This document shows, one piece after another, positions 12,854 to 26,938 of a stretch of 64,000 bases of DNA. This DNA is from Felis catus (taxonomy: Eukaryota). The position numbers and the translations under genes are program-made. The notes under the pieces were generated by a model that was given only the letters and a program-made list of their open reading frames with translations, was not told where the DNA came from and searched no databases. The stretch lies in assembly GCF_018350175.1 (NCBI RefSeq), contig NC_058368.1:78680001-78744000 (forward strand), in the 5' to 3' direction. Numbering within the stretch: position 1 is the first letter of the stretch; the number at the start of each line of letters is the position of its first letter.

Positions 12854-14069
12854 GATGACATACTAATTCTATCCTTGGACCTGGCCTAAGTATGAACAAA
12901 TGAAATAGTACTTTTTTTTGAGTCTCTCATGTACCTTGGAAACTCCCATATGAGTACCAATAGACTTCACAGTTTCACAGGAAAAGTATTAATTTCTGCA
13001 AATTAAAAAAATTAATTGCATTGAAAAAGGTAAGCAATTTCTTTAGAGGCAGTATAATCTCTCTAGCATATGTTGTACTTCTAGAAAGGTAGTCAGGAAA
13101 AAGTATTTATTCAATTATGGTAGTCATATTTTCAATTATCTTGAAACTACTCAAATAGTGAAATGTACATGTTTATGAAATTGAGACAAAGATATTGCCA
13201 TGAGAACCAACTTTTTCCATTTAAATTATTATTTCAAACTTTATAGTTCTACCTTTGTGTAAACAAATACATTTTCTATCATAATTCCAAGGCTGAGTGT
13301 AAAGAATCAAATATACTTTTTCAAAGGACAACATATTGTTCATGCTTAGGTTTGTATTATATCATTGAGAAGCAATTCAGAATTTTTGTTTTATTTTCTA
13401 AATGTTGCATTTTTGTAATTTCAAATTTAGTATCTTCAATGCTTTATTGTTCTCTTCTGAGAGTTGGTGATACTTCAGTGTTAATTTGTCAATTTAATGT
13501 ACTACATCAATGTAAAATGTGTTCGACATTCTTTTCCATCTAAAAAAATGTTCTACATTTTGTTTTAGGGTTTTTAATTCACTTTCTTTGACATATACCA
13601 TGCAAAAGGAAAAGAGAAAGGGAGAGGGAGACACAAAGAGAAAGACAGAGTGGGAGAGCTAAGGACACAGAGAGGAAGTGTCTACGTAGAGAAAATGTAA
13701 ATGGAATGCAGTTCCTCTGTTAGAATTTCTCCTCCCAAATATCAGTCAGCTTTTACTAACTAATCCACAATATGTTCTTACTAAATGCAGAATAAATGCA
13801 ACAGAGTGACTTTATTATGCTTTTAGTATCTAGCACTTTGCAGGCTTACTCTGTGCATGTCTATAATTTAAATGACTTTTGTCACTTCACTGTCCTGATG
13901 AACATATGCAGTAGGTTGGATTTTCTTCCTGTGGTATGAGTGCAGATATTGAGCCTTACAAGAAATAATTGCTCTCTCAGGTCTACCTGAGTTAAAAAAC
14001 CATCTTTTTGTCCACAACAGCATCCTGTCTTTCAAGTCGGCTTCTTTTTTTTTTGTTGTTTTGTCTGTT

Positions 14070-14285
14070 TAACAATTTTGCTGAGGTATAATTGGCATAC
14101 AAACAGCTGTATACATTTAGTGTGTACAACTTGATGAGTTTGGAGAGAAGTATACACTTGTGAAGGCATCACCAGAATGGTCATAAACTTACCATTTTCC
14201 CAAATTTCCACCAGTCCCTTTATTTAAAAAAAAAATTAAATGGTTTCTTCTTTGGTGGTGAGGACATTTAACACATCACCTCTCA
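14070..14285 (-). mobile_element. L1 3' UTR fragment (L1M-type)
   Basis: gaggtataattggcatacaaa...gtgtacaacttgatgagtttgg. Confidence 0.65.
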
Positions 14286-15009
14286 GGTTGGCCTTGGATG
14301 GTAAGTGAACTAAACTATCAACCACACAAGTGGGTTTGCCTCCACTGCCATTTGGAATCCTTTCTTCCTCTTGTCTGGTTGAATTCTCCTTACTGTCAAA
14401 GGAATGGACAGGGGTGGGGACAGACATTCTTTATGCTGTGATGTTTTCCCTCCATTTCTGCTCATACCCTTCCCCATGCCCCCCTTTTTGGTTATAATTT
14501 AAGAAGACTTATTAACTTATATGCCAGATATTTTCTGAGAGTCCCTTTTATTCCAGTCACAAGAGAACTTGGAAGTGTAGTTGCAGATTTGTAATGTCCA
14601 GCTTCACTTAGATCAGAAGTTGACTCTTAGGAAGAATCAAATTATAACAATGTGAAACTCTGTTTCCTTCTCTTACCCCTCAGATGCTGGCCCCAGTTTC
14701 CATGGAGGGCTGAGGTTAAGGGCCGTGGTGTAATGCTCTGACTGTAACTCTCTCCTCTTTCCACTTGTTTTTCCTAGAAGGTGTTACCTTTTCTCATTTC
14801 ATTCCCTGTCCCCCACTCCAGTGATTCCCAAATCTGCATTCAGACCTTTCTGCTGAGCTCCAGATCCTTACATTCCTTACTTGTCACCTTCACCTTTGAA
14901 TATCCTTCCCTATCTCCTCCCAAACCAAAATTTCTTCTTCTATTCTTTACTTCAGTTAATGTCACCTTCATTCGCTTCTGGCCCCAAAATCTTGAAGTTG
15001 TGTTGATTT

Positions 15010-15111
15010 TTAAAAATTTATTTATTTTAAGAGAGAGAGAGAGAGAGACTGGCAGGGGAACATGGGAGGGAGAGTGGCAGAGAGAGGGAGAGGGAGAGGG
15101 AGAGGGAGAGG

Positions 15112-15155
<44 letters not shown>

Positions 15156-15281
15156 CTCAAGCAGGCTCTGCACTGTCAGCACACAGCCTGACGTGGGGCT
15201 TAAACTCATGAACCATGAGATCATGACCTGAGCAGAAACCAAGAGCTGAACACTCAAGCAACTGAGCCACTCAAGCTCCCC
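15010..15281 (-). mobile_element. SINEC SINE with expanded (GA)/(GGGAGA) tract
   Basis: TSD aagttgtgttgattt at 14995-15009 and 15283-15297. Confidence 0.93.
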
Positions 15282-17911
15282 AAAGTTGTGTTGATTTACA
15301 TACAAATTTGTAAAACACTGATGCCTGTACCGCCCCTGAATTATTCACAGAAGTATTATCTGCTTGCATATTATCTAGAGCCCTCTAAGAATATACCTAG
15401 AATGTAGCAGATACATTAGTCCAATATGTATTGAATTATCTATTGATGGGTGGACAGCTTACTTAGACATTTATAAGTAAATCATTAGGACCAAGTTTTC
15501 TCTCCCCTTCCCACCCATACCCCCAATGTGTAGTCTTGGGTCAGAGAATAAACTTCACATATTTCTTAAGTGTTTCACACATGAAACTTGAAATGAGGCT
15601 TCCCTTTGACTTAGCACTGGTGGGTACTTAGATGAGCCCTCTCCTTGTATTTGCTAGGACTGATGCAGAGGTTAAAATGATAAAGCGGGTGATTACTACA
15701 TACATTTATTTATTTTTTAAAATTTATTTTCTATTTATATTTTAATGTCTAGAGTATAAATGTAAAAGGAGCCAATGATAATATTTTGCTGCTACCATCC
15801 TATCTATGTGAAGATGACCCTTCTGCCATGGCCCTGGTTCCCGGTGGTGGCTTTGGATTTCTACGGAATGCAGCCTCATTCTGTCTCCCTAACCTCCCCA
15901 TATCCAGCTGCACAAGTAGGCAATGAGAAAATGTGACAGCCAATAAATGGATTTAATTTGACCCCTAGAGAAATTGAAACCAAGACTCTTCCACCTTTAG
16001 AGTGGGGTCAAAGCCACCCAACAGATATCCAATCCTGGTCCTCTATATGCATTTACTATGAACATAATTGAGTGTGATGTGTTAACTACTCTACAAGAAT
16101 ACGTACTTCTAGAACTCAAAATTAGGAGTATATACTTGGCATTGAATGTAGATAGACCCTCCCCGAAAGGGTGGGATTCAGCCAATACGAATGTCTTACA
16201 TATTGGATACTTGGGATTGGAAATATAAAGCATCATCCCGTCTTTAAGGAAGAGGTTGGGGAAAGGAACATTCTCAGCGAAAAGATGAGCGGTATACTGC
16301 TGTCTCTACCTTCCATGATCTAGAATGGTACCACATGTGGGCAGAGGGAGAGAAATGACAGCTTTATTAGAACCATTTCCATCTTGTTGATTTCTCAGTG
16401 ATCTGGGAACAGAAACTATGAATGAACCTGTTCTCATTTGGCAAAGGAGGGCCAGCATTTTGGAAGAGGTAGCTCAGGTAAGATATTACGTGGGGCAGAC
16501 ACAGGAACCAAGGGACCACTTCTAGAATTTAAGTAAAAGGATGCGTTTTTTGGCTCCAGGCATATGTTCACATCAGAAATCTGGAAGGCTAAATGAATAT
16601 TGCTTGTGGACATGCTGAATCCAGAAGCCCAGGGCATTTGCGAGTTTCACGGAGAATTTTCCAGAGTGATCTTCACTGGACTATGATGCTTCCAATTAAT
16701 AGGTAATAGTGGCTAGGTAATTAAAGGGACCCATTTCAGAACGAGTTATAGAATCATAAAGAGCTGGAAATTAAGTGCAGTTAAAATCTGAGGGATTCCG
16801 TATGAATTTAATGAGTAGCTTAGTATTTCGCCAACACCGAATTCATATTCCTGACAAGTATTAATTATTTTAACCGCCTGCTTTGTAGCCGCAACTTTAT
16901 CAGGTACTGTGAAAATAATTGGGGGAAAAAAAGAGAGGAAGAAGCATGCTGCATAGGCTTTTATAATCTTAATGGAAAGATACACTGTCCTTTAACAAAC
17001 AAACTGAAATTGATCTCTTTAAAAGGAATCACGGAGGGCATTCACTGGGGTGAGGTTCAGATGAGATGAATCTGAAAATGCTCTGTGGGAAGATTTTCAT
17101 TTGGTAGAAGGGGAGAGAAGGACACTTTGGCTGCAAAAAAACAGCTGGAATGCAGGGACAGAGGCAGAGAAAGGCAGGTGTTTGACGGAGAGCATCTTGA
17201 GGGAAGCATCGTCGGGGGTTAGCATCAGTGGTCCTAACCCGGCAGTCGGGAGGGCGGGTCATTTCCTCCCCTGACAAGATGAGCTGTGTGAGCCTGGCCA
17301 GGGCATTTTCTGTGCCCTGAAAATAAGGTTGAGAGGCAGAGCAAACCTCTCAGAAGTGGCTGTGAGGATTAGTTAGGTAACTCACGCAGAGGACTTCTGT
17401 CACGCAGGTGACATCTGTCATGTCTTATTACATGCACAGTCAGTGTGTTGGCCACTGTTTGGGCTCAGAAGAGAATTAGGAGATAGTGTTGCAACAGTCA
17501 CGAGTGGCTGGTAATGACCCTGACTGGCGTGGGGTTCAAAGACAATGGCAGCGGGTGTTAATGTACAGGAATAAAAGCGTAGCGTTAGGAAGGTTTTGGG
17601 CAACCGTATTATAAATTATAATGAAATAGAAAAAAAGGCAAGATAGACAGATAAGCTCAGGGCATGGTTGTAAACATGAGTTAATGAGAAACAGCAGATG
17701 GATAGAACCTTCGGAAATGGATAGAAAGGGAAAAATCCACATTATTAAGCTGAGCATTGTCTTCATCATTCTTTTCTGCTGGGGCAATGCATGTTTTTAT
17801 ATGAAATATTACATATAATGTGTGTTTTTATATATGCACACATGTATTATATGTGTATATAGTTTTATATATAGAGCATAATATGTGACCATCATCTGTC
17901 TCAATACTTTA

Positions 17912-18102
17912 TTAATTTTTTTTTAATTTTTGAGGCAGATTGGGGAGAAGGGGAGAGAGAGAGACACACACAGAATCCAAAGCAGGCTCCAGGCTCTGAG
18001 CTGTCAACACAGAGCCCGATGAGGGGCTCGAACTCACGAACCTAAAGATCGTGACCTGAGCCGAAATCAGATGCTTAACCGACTGAGCCACCCAGGTGCC
18101 CC
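17912..18102 (-). mobile_element. SINEC SINE inserted in a MIR
   Basis: TSD aatacttta at 17903-17911 and 18104-18112. Confidence 0.9.
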
Positions 18103-18156
18103 GAATACTTTAAATGCATTGTTTCATTTAACCCTCAAAATAACCCTGTGAGGCAC

Positions 18157-18559
18157 TGTGCTGGGTGAAATAGTGATCTCCTTAATTCCTGCGCACCCAG
18201 AACCTGCAAATGTGACCTCATTAGAGTCTTACAGATGCACTGAGGCTCAGATGATGTCACACTCGATGAGGGTAGGTCTTACAGCAAGGGCTCGTGCCCT
18301 TATGAAAGGAGGGAGTTTGGGCACAGAAACACACAGAGGGAAGGTGGCCATGCAAATACGAAGGCAGATGTCAGACTCCACAGATGGCTGGTGGCCTGAG
18401 AAGCGAGGAGAGAGGCAGGGAAGGGTTTCCCTCAGGGCCTCCGAGGGAGGGAGGCCTTCCTGGGTTCCAGACTGCAGCCTCCAGGACCGTGAGACAAGAG
18501 GTTCCTGTTTCCTGGCCCCGTTTGTGGGACTTTGTATAGCGGCCCTTGGAATCAGTGCA
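18157..18559 (+). mobile_element. MaLR solo LTR (MLT1B/C-like) inserted in a MIR
   Basis: cccagaacctgcaaatgtgacc, cagcctccaggaccgtgagac and tttgtatagcggccc motifs; TG...CA ends; MIR-like sequence on both sides. Confidence 0.75.
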
Positions 18560-20122
18560 AGCATATGCAAATACTGTCCAGCTTTATGGATTAGCTACTT
18601 GGATTTAAAGAGGTTAAACAAATTGCTCAGGATGAGGGCACTAATCAGGGACAGAGGGGGGATTCAGACCCACCTGCGAGTGAACCTAGCGTTCAGCGCT
18701 GCCCTGTGCTGCCTCAGATTGCCTGCCATAGCAGCTCTGATGGTGGCTCCGGGCTGGTCCCGCGTCCCTGTGTGTGAGCTCTTCCAGCTCTGTGGCTCTG
18801 TGACTCGGAACTGTTTGAGCCAGTTGCTTTAACCCGACAGTCAGGTGCGGAAAGGAGGCCATTCGCAGAGCAGCATGAGAATATGGGCGCTCTGTCCAGC
18901 AGAGAGCCACCTGTGAGCCATGGAAAGTTCACGGTTACCAGACATCCTTTCCCTCCATCCTCTGACTCTGATTGTCGGTGGGATGTCTGACACTCTGTTT
19001 CCTCTGGGACACACGTTGCCATTAAGCAGATGTTTGAGGACAAGTGTGGCCCCTCTGTGGCTGGGTTCTGGGATACAGGTGCGTCAGCCCAGAGCTGCAT
19101 GGAGCCGTGTAGGTAAGGCTCAGGGCCAGGACTCTATCTCCATGGGAGGGAGGTCCTTCTGCCATTCAGTTCCACTCATTCTGCAGGGCTGCTCTGGGTG
19201 AACTGTGAAGCCCCGCTCTCTCTTCTTCTAGCCTGGTGCTGCCCGTCCCCAGGCCCCTGCTCCCTTCCTCCCCTACAACTCGCCCCTGCAATTCCCTTGA
19301 CCTCCTCTGCAGCCCCGTGGTCCTGATATCCAGGCCTCCGGAGAAGGGGAGAGTTGAATTATGTTGTTACAAGACACTGGGAAAGCATCTAGTCCCAAAT
19401 CCTCAGTTTGGAACCTCTCTTCCAGAATTTTCTAAAGCATTTTAAGGAGAATCAATCTCTTCTTTACCTATGCTGAGGCCATTTTCCTTCTCTGGTGATT
19501 GGGGGGAAAGTTGTCTCTTTCCTCATTATTCTGCGTCTGCTGCTTGTTCTTGCCCCAGGCCAACTACTTTCCATTGATCCCAGGCAATAAATAGGTGGGG
19601 GGAGAGAATAAATTGATAGAAATTTGTCTGGACTCTGCTGCGTCCGTGGTCTGCAGTTCCCAGCACGGGAAATGTACTTTCTCACTGCTGTGTCCCTGGG
19701 GTCTTTATTTAAGCTCTGTCCTCTGCCTAGAACCTTCTTCCACCTTTTTCTTCCACATGAACCTCTTTCTCCCTGGGGGAACTTTCTCTGACATTCTCAG
19801 GCAGCACTAATCTTTTTCTCCATTGTGTTGCCTGTGATGATTCCTTGAGGTTTCCACGGTTGTATGTTCTACTGGAATGGTTGCCATGTAAAAAAACGGT
19901 CATTCCTTGTTCAGCATCCATTCCATTACTTAGTTCATATTTACTGACCTCCTGCCATCTGCCGTGCGCCATGTTCGGGGCTAGAAATAGACAAAAAGGG
20001 GAGAATGGGTTCTGGGCAAAACGAAAAGACAGAGCAGAGGTACGATCAGAAAGTGTATTTTCTTTTCCTGCCCTATTAAACGCTGTGATATTCCTACCCC
20101 TGTTCCCAGCATAGAGGGTGTC

Positions 20123-20160
20123 TGTGTTGGTCAAGGTTCTGGAGAGAAAAAGGACCAATA

Positions 20161-20208
<48 letters not shown>

Positions 20209-20842
20209 GGTGGGGAAGATTTATTTTAAATTTTTTTTTTCAACGTTTATTTATTTTTGGGACAGAGAGAGACAGAGCATGAACGGGGGCGGGGCAGAGA
20301 GAGAGGGAGACACAGAATCGGAAACAGGCTCCAGGCTCTGAGCCATCAGCCCAGAGCCTGACGCGGGGCTCGAACTCGCAGACTGCGAGATCGTGACCTG
20401 GCTGAAGCCGGACACTTAACCGACTGCGCCACCCAGGCGCCCCAAGGGGAAGATTTATTTTAAAGGGTTGGCCCCCAGGGTTGTGGTGGCTGGCGAGTCT
20501 GAAATCTGTGGGCTGGGAGGCGGAGAATTCAAGTGGAAGTCGGGGTCGCAGTCTCACGTTTGAAATCTGCAGGCTGGAGACTCAGGCAGGGCTCTGTGTT
20601 GCCGTCTCGAGGCAGAATTCCGTTTTCTCTTGGAAACCTCCACCTTTGCTCTTGAGATCCTCCACCGATGGGTTGGGGTCCACCTGCAGTGTGGAGGGCT
20701 GTCTGCTTTAATCAGAGTCAATTGACTGAAGAGTTAAGTCACATCTGAAAAAATACCTTCATAGCAACATTTAGACTCGTGTTTGGCCAGAGAGCTGGGC
20801 ACCGTGGCTTAGGTATGTTAACGTGTATAATTCACCGTCACA
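20123..20842 (-). mobile_element. ERVL solo LTR (MLT2-like) containing (CA)n and a nested SINE
   Basis: ggtcaaggttctggagagaa...accaatagga start; aaaaataccttcatagcaacat...ataattcaccgtcaca end. Confidence 0.8.
20231..20443 (-). mobile_element. SINEC_Fc young subfamily nested in MLT2
   Basis: TSD ggggaagatttattttaaa at 20212-20230 and 20446-20464. Confidence 0.95.
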
Positions 20843-21074
20843 GGCGTTCACAGGGGACTAATACGAATAGGGTTTATTGAGTATTTACCATGGTTCAGGC
20901 ACTGTTCTAAGGGTTTAAAATGTCTTCATTCCTTTCCTCCCCGTCGTGGCCCTGTGATTCCAGAACAGGCCTACGCACAGACTCGGACCCATGAAGGGAC
21001 TCATCACAGCCCGCATCGCTAGTTATGGTAGACCCGGATGGAAACCCGGACTGAAAGCCAGGCAGTGAAGCTCC

Positions 21075-21345
21075 AGAACCTCCTGACCAATAGAAACAAG
21101 TCTGGATTTGTCAGGAGGCTTATATGAAGCCTGTTGCAATAGGGGGGACACTGACCTTAGATCTGCAAGCATCTTGAAATCAAGGCGGAAGAAGCTTTGC
21201 TTTTCTGGGGAGGCCTTAGCAGGACCAGCAGGAACGTTGGGGAGGGGGGCCGGGAGATCGGGCTGGCGTGCAGCAGGATTGAGTGCGTTAGCGGGACATT
21301 TGTCTCCCCGTGGACAGCTTATTTTTGGAATGAGCTGTTAAGGGA
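21075..21345. mobile_element. Possible old LTR fragment
   Basis: ttgcaataggggg...agatctgcaagcatct motif recalled from old ERV LTRs; family uncertain. Confidence 0.3.
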
Positions 21346-22671
21346 AGGTGTTCGGCCCCTTACTGCTTGCTTCCACAGGAGGCTGCCTGAGTCCAGGGGC
21401 CTGGGCAGAGGGGCTTGGGCAAGCCCAGTCACTAGGTAGATAGCAGGCCATTGTGAGAGTTCTCCGTCATAATCATGCACATGAAATCTAAACTCTCCAG
21501 GCAGTCGGTACAAGTGTTTGCAATTAATTAGCTAAAGAGCAAAATACTTTCCCTAATGATATTGTATGATAGTCTACGTGAAAAGTCAGGACATTTTGCT
21601 TCCTGTTGAAACTAGTATTCATGGACTATAGCCTCCCCATTGTTGGTGAATATTTGCTTCTTGTAGTTTTTCCAAATAGATTCTGATAGCACCTAGTGCA
21701 GGGCAACATGAGTGGATCGGTGTTGAGTCCATTCATTCATTCATTCATTCATTCATTCAGAATTAAGGGCTCATGTTTTCAAGTGTGCCCAACAGTGGGC
21801 TAGGGATGGGGAGCACCGAGAGAAGTAGAGCTTGCTCTCGGCGGCCTGGCAGGAGGCACAGCTGCAGCAGACAAAGGATGACAGTACTTAACATCTATGG
21901 GAGAAGCAACATGGACGGTGAGGGCGGTGGGTCAAGGGGGAACGTGAGGCGAAGGGGACTGGCGTCTCTCGGCTCTTCTGAGTCAGGACACTGAGGCAAA
22001 GCTAAAGTTGGTCAAAGGCCTGAGGTCCTGGAAGGATGGAATGTTCCAGAACTGCAGGCACTTGGATATGATTGAGGCTGGGGGAGGTTGGGGGATATGA
22101 TATGGGGCTGGTCTCTGGAGGCCTTCAGTGCCATGCAGGGAGCTGGGCATTTGGAACAGAGGAGAGAAAGAAGATTGGTTTTACCCAAGTGTGTTCAGTT
22201 GTAGGTGGGCACTCTAGACAGTTATGAATCTTCATACTCTCAACGTGGACGTCGCAGCCCCTAACCTGCCTGGGACAGTGATTTAAGGCTCTTTCTGGTT
22301 TTCCAAAAGGAATGGCAACATGGCAGCAAGAATATGAAGGCAGAAACTAGTCTTTTAGGTCTCATTCCCTGCTTGCTACCCGTTTTCTCATGTGAATGTC
22401 AGGAAAAGCGTGGGAGGGAAACATCGGATGGAAAAAACACATTGAAAACTTTTAACCTAGTAAGTTTTCATATTTCACGGGGTAGGGGGGGCAGATGGTG
22501 GATACTGGCACAATAACATATTGTCTCCTGGTTTTGTATTCTTACTGCTCTCACTTTCTTGCTCAAACGATATTACTTCTTGGACCTGCTGTCTTCAAAC
22601 GTAAATGTCAAGCGAGAATTAATGGCAGAATATGAAATCTGTGCGTTGTAACTCTGCACATTCTTAAGTTA

Positions 22672-22884
22672 TTTTTTTAATTTTTTTTTAATTTTTGAGA
22701 GAGAGAGAGAGAGAGAGAGCAAGTTGGGGGGGGGCAGAGAGAGAGGGAGACACAGAAACCAAAGCAGGCTCCAGGTTCTGAGCTGTCAGCACAGAACCCC
22801 ACGCGGGGCTCGACCTCGTGAACTGTGAGATCATGACCTAAGCTGAAGCTGGATGCTTCACCCACTGAGCCACCCAGGCGCCCC
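22672..22884 (-). mobile_element. SINEC SINE
   Basis: Full-length body. Confidence 0.92.
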
Positions 22885-23330
22885 TCTAGTTTTGACTCCA
22901 TTGAAAAACAAACTTTTTAGGTCACCAAATTAATATTGCAGCTAAGGTCTCTGACCCGTCAAACTTCAGGCAGTGTTGCTGCTGCGGGCATAAACCATGA
23001 GTTTTCTGATTCATTGTGCTCAGAACAGCCTCTGAAAAAAAGAAGAAAAAGAGACTTGTAATTTTTGGAGGAAAAAGGCACAATCTGTCGGAGGCCCGGA
23101 CTGCTGCTCGGTGTACCAGTGCAGCCCCAGAACAGTCTGTAGATCGCATTTGCCTTGGACAGTGCAGCTGCGACAGTCCAAAGGAAGAATGTTCTGCAGG
23201 CAGATTGTAGATTTGCCATTTATGAGATGAGACAAGTCGTTTAGTGTGTGCGGGAATGGACAGAGCAGAATAGATCATCAGGGATTATCTGAGGGTTTTC
23301 AACAAACAATTTCTAGGCAATTGACATTTA

Positions 23331-23380
23331 TTTATTTTTATTTTTATTTTTATTTTTATTTTTTTGATGTTTTATTTATT

Positions 23381-23421
<41 letters not shown>

Positions 23422-23577
23422 AGAGGAGGGGCAGAGAGAGAGACACAGAATCTGAAGCAGGTTCCAGGCTCTGAGCTGTCAGCACAGAGCCCAATGCGGG
23501 GCTCGAACTCACAGACCAGGAAATCATGACCTGAGCCAAAGCGGGATGCACAACCAACGGATCCACCCAGGCACCCC
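23331..23577 (-). mobile_element. SINEC SINE with (TTTTTA)n tail
   Basis: Degenerate TSD ggcaattgacattta / ggaaattgaaattta. Confidence 0.92.
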
Positions 23578-23879
23578 GGAAATTGAAATTTATAAGGGCT
23601 GTTTTGTAAAGCATCCTGTTGGCATCAAGGTCAAACTTGCCCTCTGGACCCCTCTGTCTCGGGCTTCTCAAGATTGCCATTCTTTCAGCTGCCCCATCAT
23701 TGTCCATTGCGCAGGGTCATTCCATGGAAGCAAAATACTTCACGTTGTCCAGAGTGGAAAGGGAAAGAGCTCTAGACTAAACCAAGCCCCCTCCCCTTCA
23801 TTCGCTGATCCTTCATGACCAGAAGAACTCTGTGTCCTGTTCTCTGTCGTCTGTTGTTTCCACGAAAACACCGCTGCCG

Positions 23880-24925
23880 GGATTTATCCCAGCACTTGCC
23901 CATGACCTCCTTGGTGCCAGTTGGGACTTATTTCCCTGTCCCCCTCACTGTCAGCTGGAAGCGGCATCCTCTGGGTGGCGTCCCGGGTCATGTCTCCTGC
24001 TCAGTTGGCTTCTGGACTTTTCTCTCCTCGGTTCCCTGTCGGCCTTGCCGGTCTCTGCTTCTCCGTCTTTTGGGCAGCTACTCTCAGTCTTCAAACTTTG
24101 AACTTCAGGGCTCTCTTCTGTCTACCCTCCACCCTCTAGGAAATGACATTCCAGGCCATGTGGATGCTGTGAATCCCACTGTCTATTCCCAGCCGAGATC
24201 TCTTCCTGGACGTCAGACTTCCCTGTAGCACGATGTGCACACCTGCCCTCCGCACACTCCGGGCTCCCCACCCCGACCCCTGACAACACCGGATGCGTGT
24301 CTTTCCCACTCCATGAATTCTCTCTGCTCGCACCAAATGCCTTAGATGCTTTCTTGACTCCCCCCTCTCTCCCTCACGCTGTCTTATCCAGGCATACATT
24401 CTGTTCCCTCTGTCTCTGGAGGGATTCCAAATCTGACCACCTCCAACTGCTTCTGTGGCCACTGTCCCGTATGCCATCACCATGTCTTGCCTGGATTATG
24501 GCAACAGCCTCCCACAGCACCCCCTCTCTGCCTCCACATCTTCAGTGGCTTCTGGGCTCACCAACCGTGGCATCTGCGTCCTTGCTGGGGGCAAGAAGAC
24601 ACCATGGCATCTGCCCTCTCTCCTGCCTCACTCCAGCCAATTTCCTGATCGCAACTTCACGCACACTCTTCCTGAGCCTCTCTGGCCTTCTTGTGTTTCC
24701 TCACCAATGCCACACCTGCTCCTGCCTCAGGGCCTTTGCACCTTTGGCTCTAGAGCCTACAAGGGCATAGATTCACCTCCTGAGCTCTCTGCTGGAATGT
24801 CACCTGATCGGAAAGGCTTTCTCTGACTCCTGGGTGAGCCGGCTTCTCCTCAGCCCCCTCTCCCTCTCCATCCACACTGGATTCTTGTTTTCATTGCACT
24901 TCTCTCTGTACAGCCAATCCCTCAT

Positions 24926-24967
<42 letters not shown>

Positions 24968-25086
24968 TCTCCCAGGAGAATGCAGGTCTACAAGAGCAAC
25001 GGCTTTGTTTCCTTCAATGCTGTCCCTTCACAGCTTCTAGAACAATGCTTGCAGGAAGTAGGTAACCATAGCATGTGTTTAGTGAA
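23880..25086 (+). mobile_element. L2 3' portion
   Basis: tcttgcctggattatggcaacagcctccca and cctgcctcagggcctttgcac motifs, L2-like 3' end; contains (GT)n at about 24928-24966. Confidence 0.75.
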
Positions 25087-25127
25087 GACAGATAGGGATG
25101 CGGTCTCTTCCTAAGCATCTTTGAACG

Positions 25128-25408
25128 TGTAGCCGGATTCTCACACAGAGTCCTGACACTGAGGCTTTTCTCTCCAGGAAGCAACTTTATTCCTGCCGGT
25201 GACGCTTAGTTGGGTTCGTACCCAAAGAACTGAGCCCCGAACATGGCACAGTTTTTTATACATTTTTACTTCTTTGTCTCCCATATATGGTAACACACAA
25301 ACACTCAGTCCGCTTAGGTGGTCTCACGTTACAAGGTCATGAGGGATGTCACGTACACATACAGCCAGGTTGACTTTTTTTTTTCCTTAGGGAGGGGACC
25401 CTACCACA
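25128..25408 (-). mobile_element. Compact ERV1-like solo LTR (281 bp)
   Basis: TG...CA ends, 4-bp TSD aacg/aatg, minus-strand TATAAA (25255-25260) and AATAAA (25186-25191). Confidence 0.8.
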
Positions 25409-26706
25409 AATGCATCACTCTTGGAAATCCCCACTGCCTGTTGTGGCCACTGTCACCTCCACTTAGGGACAAGTGCCTTTGTCCATAAACCAATTACTGC
25501 CTTCAGTTTGGTCTTCCCCTGGCTCATTCTTTACAGGCTGAACATTACAGTCTTTCCAAAACACAAACAGAAATTTTGTCTCCTCTATGCAGAACTCTTA
25601 CTAATAATATTAGTTTCCTGGCTCCTTTCCCAGTGATCAGTCGTATTGATCTTTCCAGAGTGATTCCTTGATTCACGACCTTCCTCCACCCCACCCCACA
25701 CGCAGCCTGGCTCCTCATCCTGGGTCCCCAGCATCTCGTACTGTCTCGTCCCTGGAACGTTACACAGCAGTCCACACCCCAGCCCTTTCCCCACGGATGG
25801 TTCCCATTCACTCTTAGGTCTCCGTCTACCTCGAAGCTTCAAGCCTGGGGCACCTCCACGCAGAAGCCAGTCCTGTGTCCCCAGGTCGGCTCCCAGGGTG
25901 CCCTGAGATGTCCCTGTTGCAGTGTGGGTCACTGGATGTATGACATGGCTCATTTGCTTCTCTGCATCTGGCCCTCACAGTGGGCTCCACGGGGGGCAGG
26001 ACCTGGATGTCACCTCTCCCCCTGGATCCCCGCACCTAAGGCAGCGTAGGCGCTCAGCCATGCACGTTATGTTTTGTATCTTCATTTTGCAAGTTAACAT
26101 AAAACACCTCCACACAGCTACACGTTGTTTCTACAGCGCAACGAACTCAACAGCTCTTCTCACCGTACTGAATGCGTCCTGTGTCTAGTATTTACCGAAA
26201 ACACCCAAGGTCAGTGTGTGGTCTCTGGGTTAACCTCGCCAGCCCTCTGGAATGCAGGCTCTGTCTAGACTTGCTGCCTTCTTTGTTTGTTTTCTCATGG
26301 AAGTAGAGAGAGAGCCTAATTCCTGCTATGAGTACAATCAAAACCACCCTTGTTTTGCTACACCTTGAAGCACTTTTGATCCGTCTCTCATGTTTCCAGC
26401 AGTTACGTCCATATCGGGAATTGGACTTTCCTAAGACGACCTGAGAGGAGAAGGCATAGTTTTGGGAAGACCCCTAACACTCTCATTACACACCTCCCTC
26501 CCACCGCCGTGGACTGGATCCCACCATGTGCAGTGAGAGGGTTCACCCCTGATGTTGTAACCTCACTGCAGGAGGGAAGTTCACGCTTCATCGAGGTCCC
26601 AGATTATGTGTGGATGATGGTGTTGTCGCCTATATTATACATTTGTGTAGGGATTTCATGTGACATTACGTAATGACAGTGATTTTATTAAAATCTCCAT
26701 GGTCTT

Positions 26707-26938
26707 GGGGCACCTGGTGGGGGGGCTCTGTTGGTTAAGCGTCCGACTTTGGCTCAGGTCATGACCTCATGGTTTGTGAGTTCAAGCCCCGAGTTGGGCT
26801 CTGTGCTGACAGCTCAGAGCCTGGAACCTGCTTCGGATTCTGTGTCTCCCTCTCTCTCTGCCCCTCCCCCACTCACTCTGTGTTTGTTTCTCTCTCTCTA
26901 AAAAAATAAGTAAACATTTAAAAAATTAAAAAAAAAAT
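26707..26938 (+). mobile_element. SINEC SINE
   Basis: TSD atctccatggtctt at 26693-26706 and 26939-26952. Confidence 0.94.

Noticed and set aside
18158..18832. Longest ORF (224 aa)
   Set aside because: Runs through an MLT1 LTR and MIR, starts at GTG, no recognisable domain.
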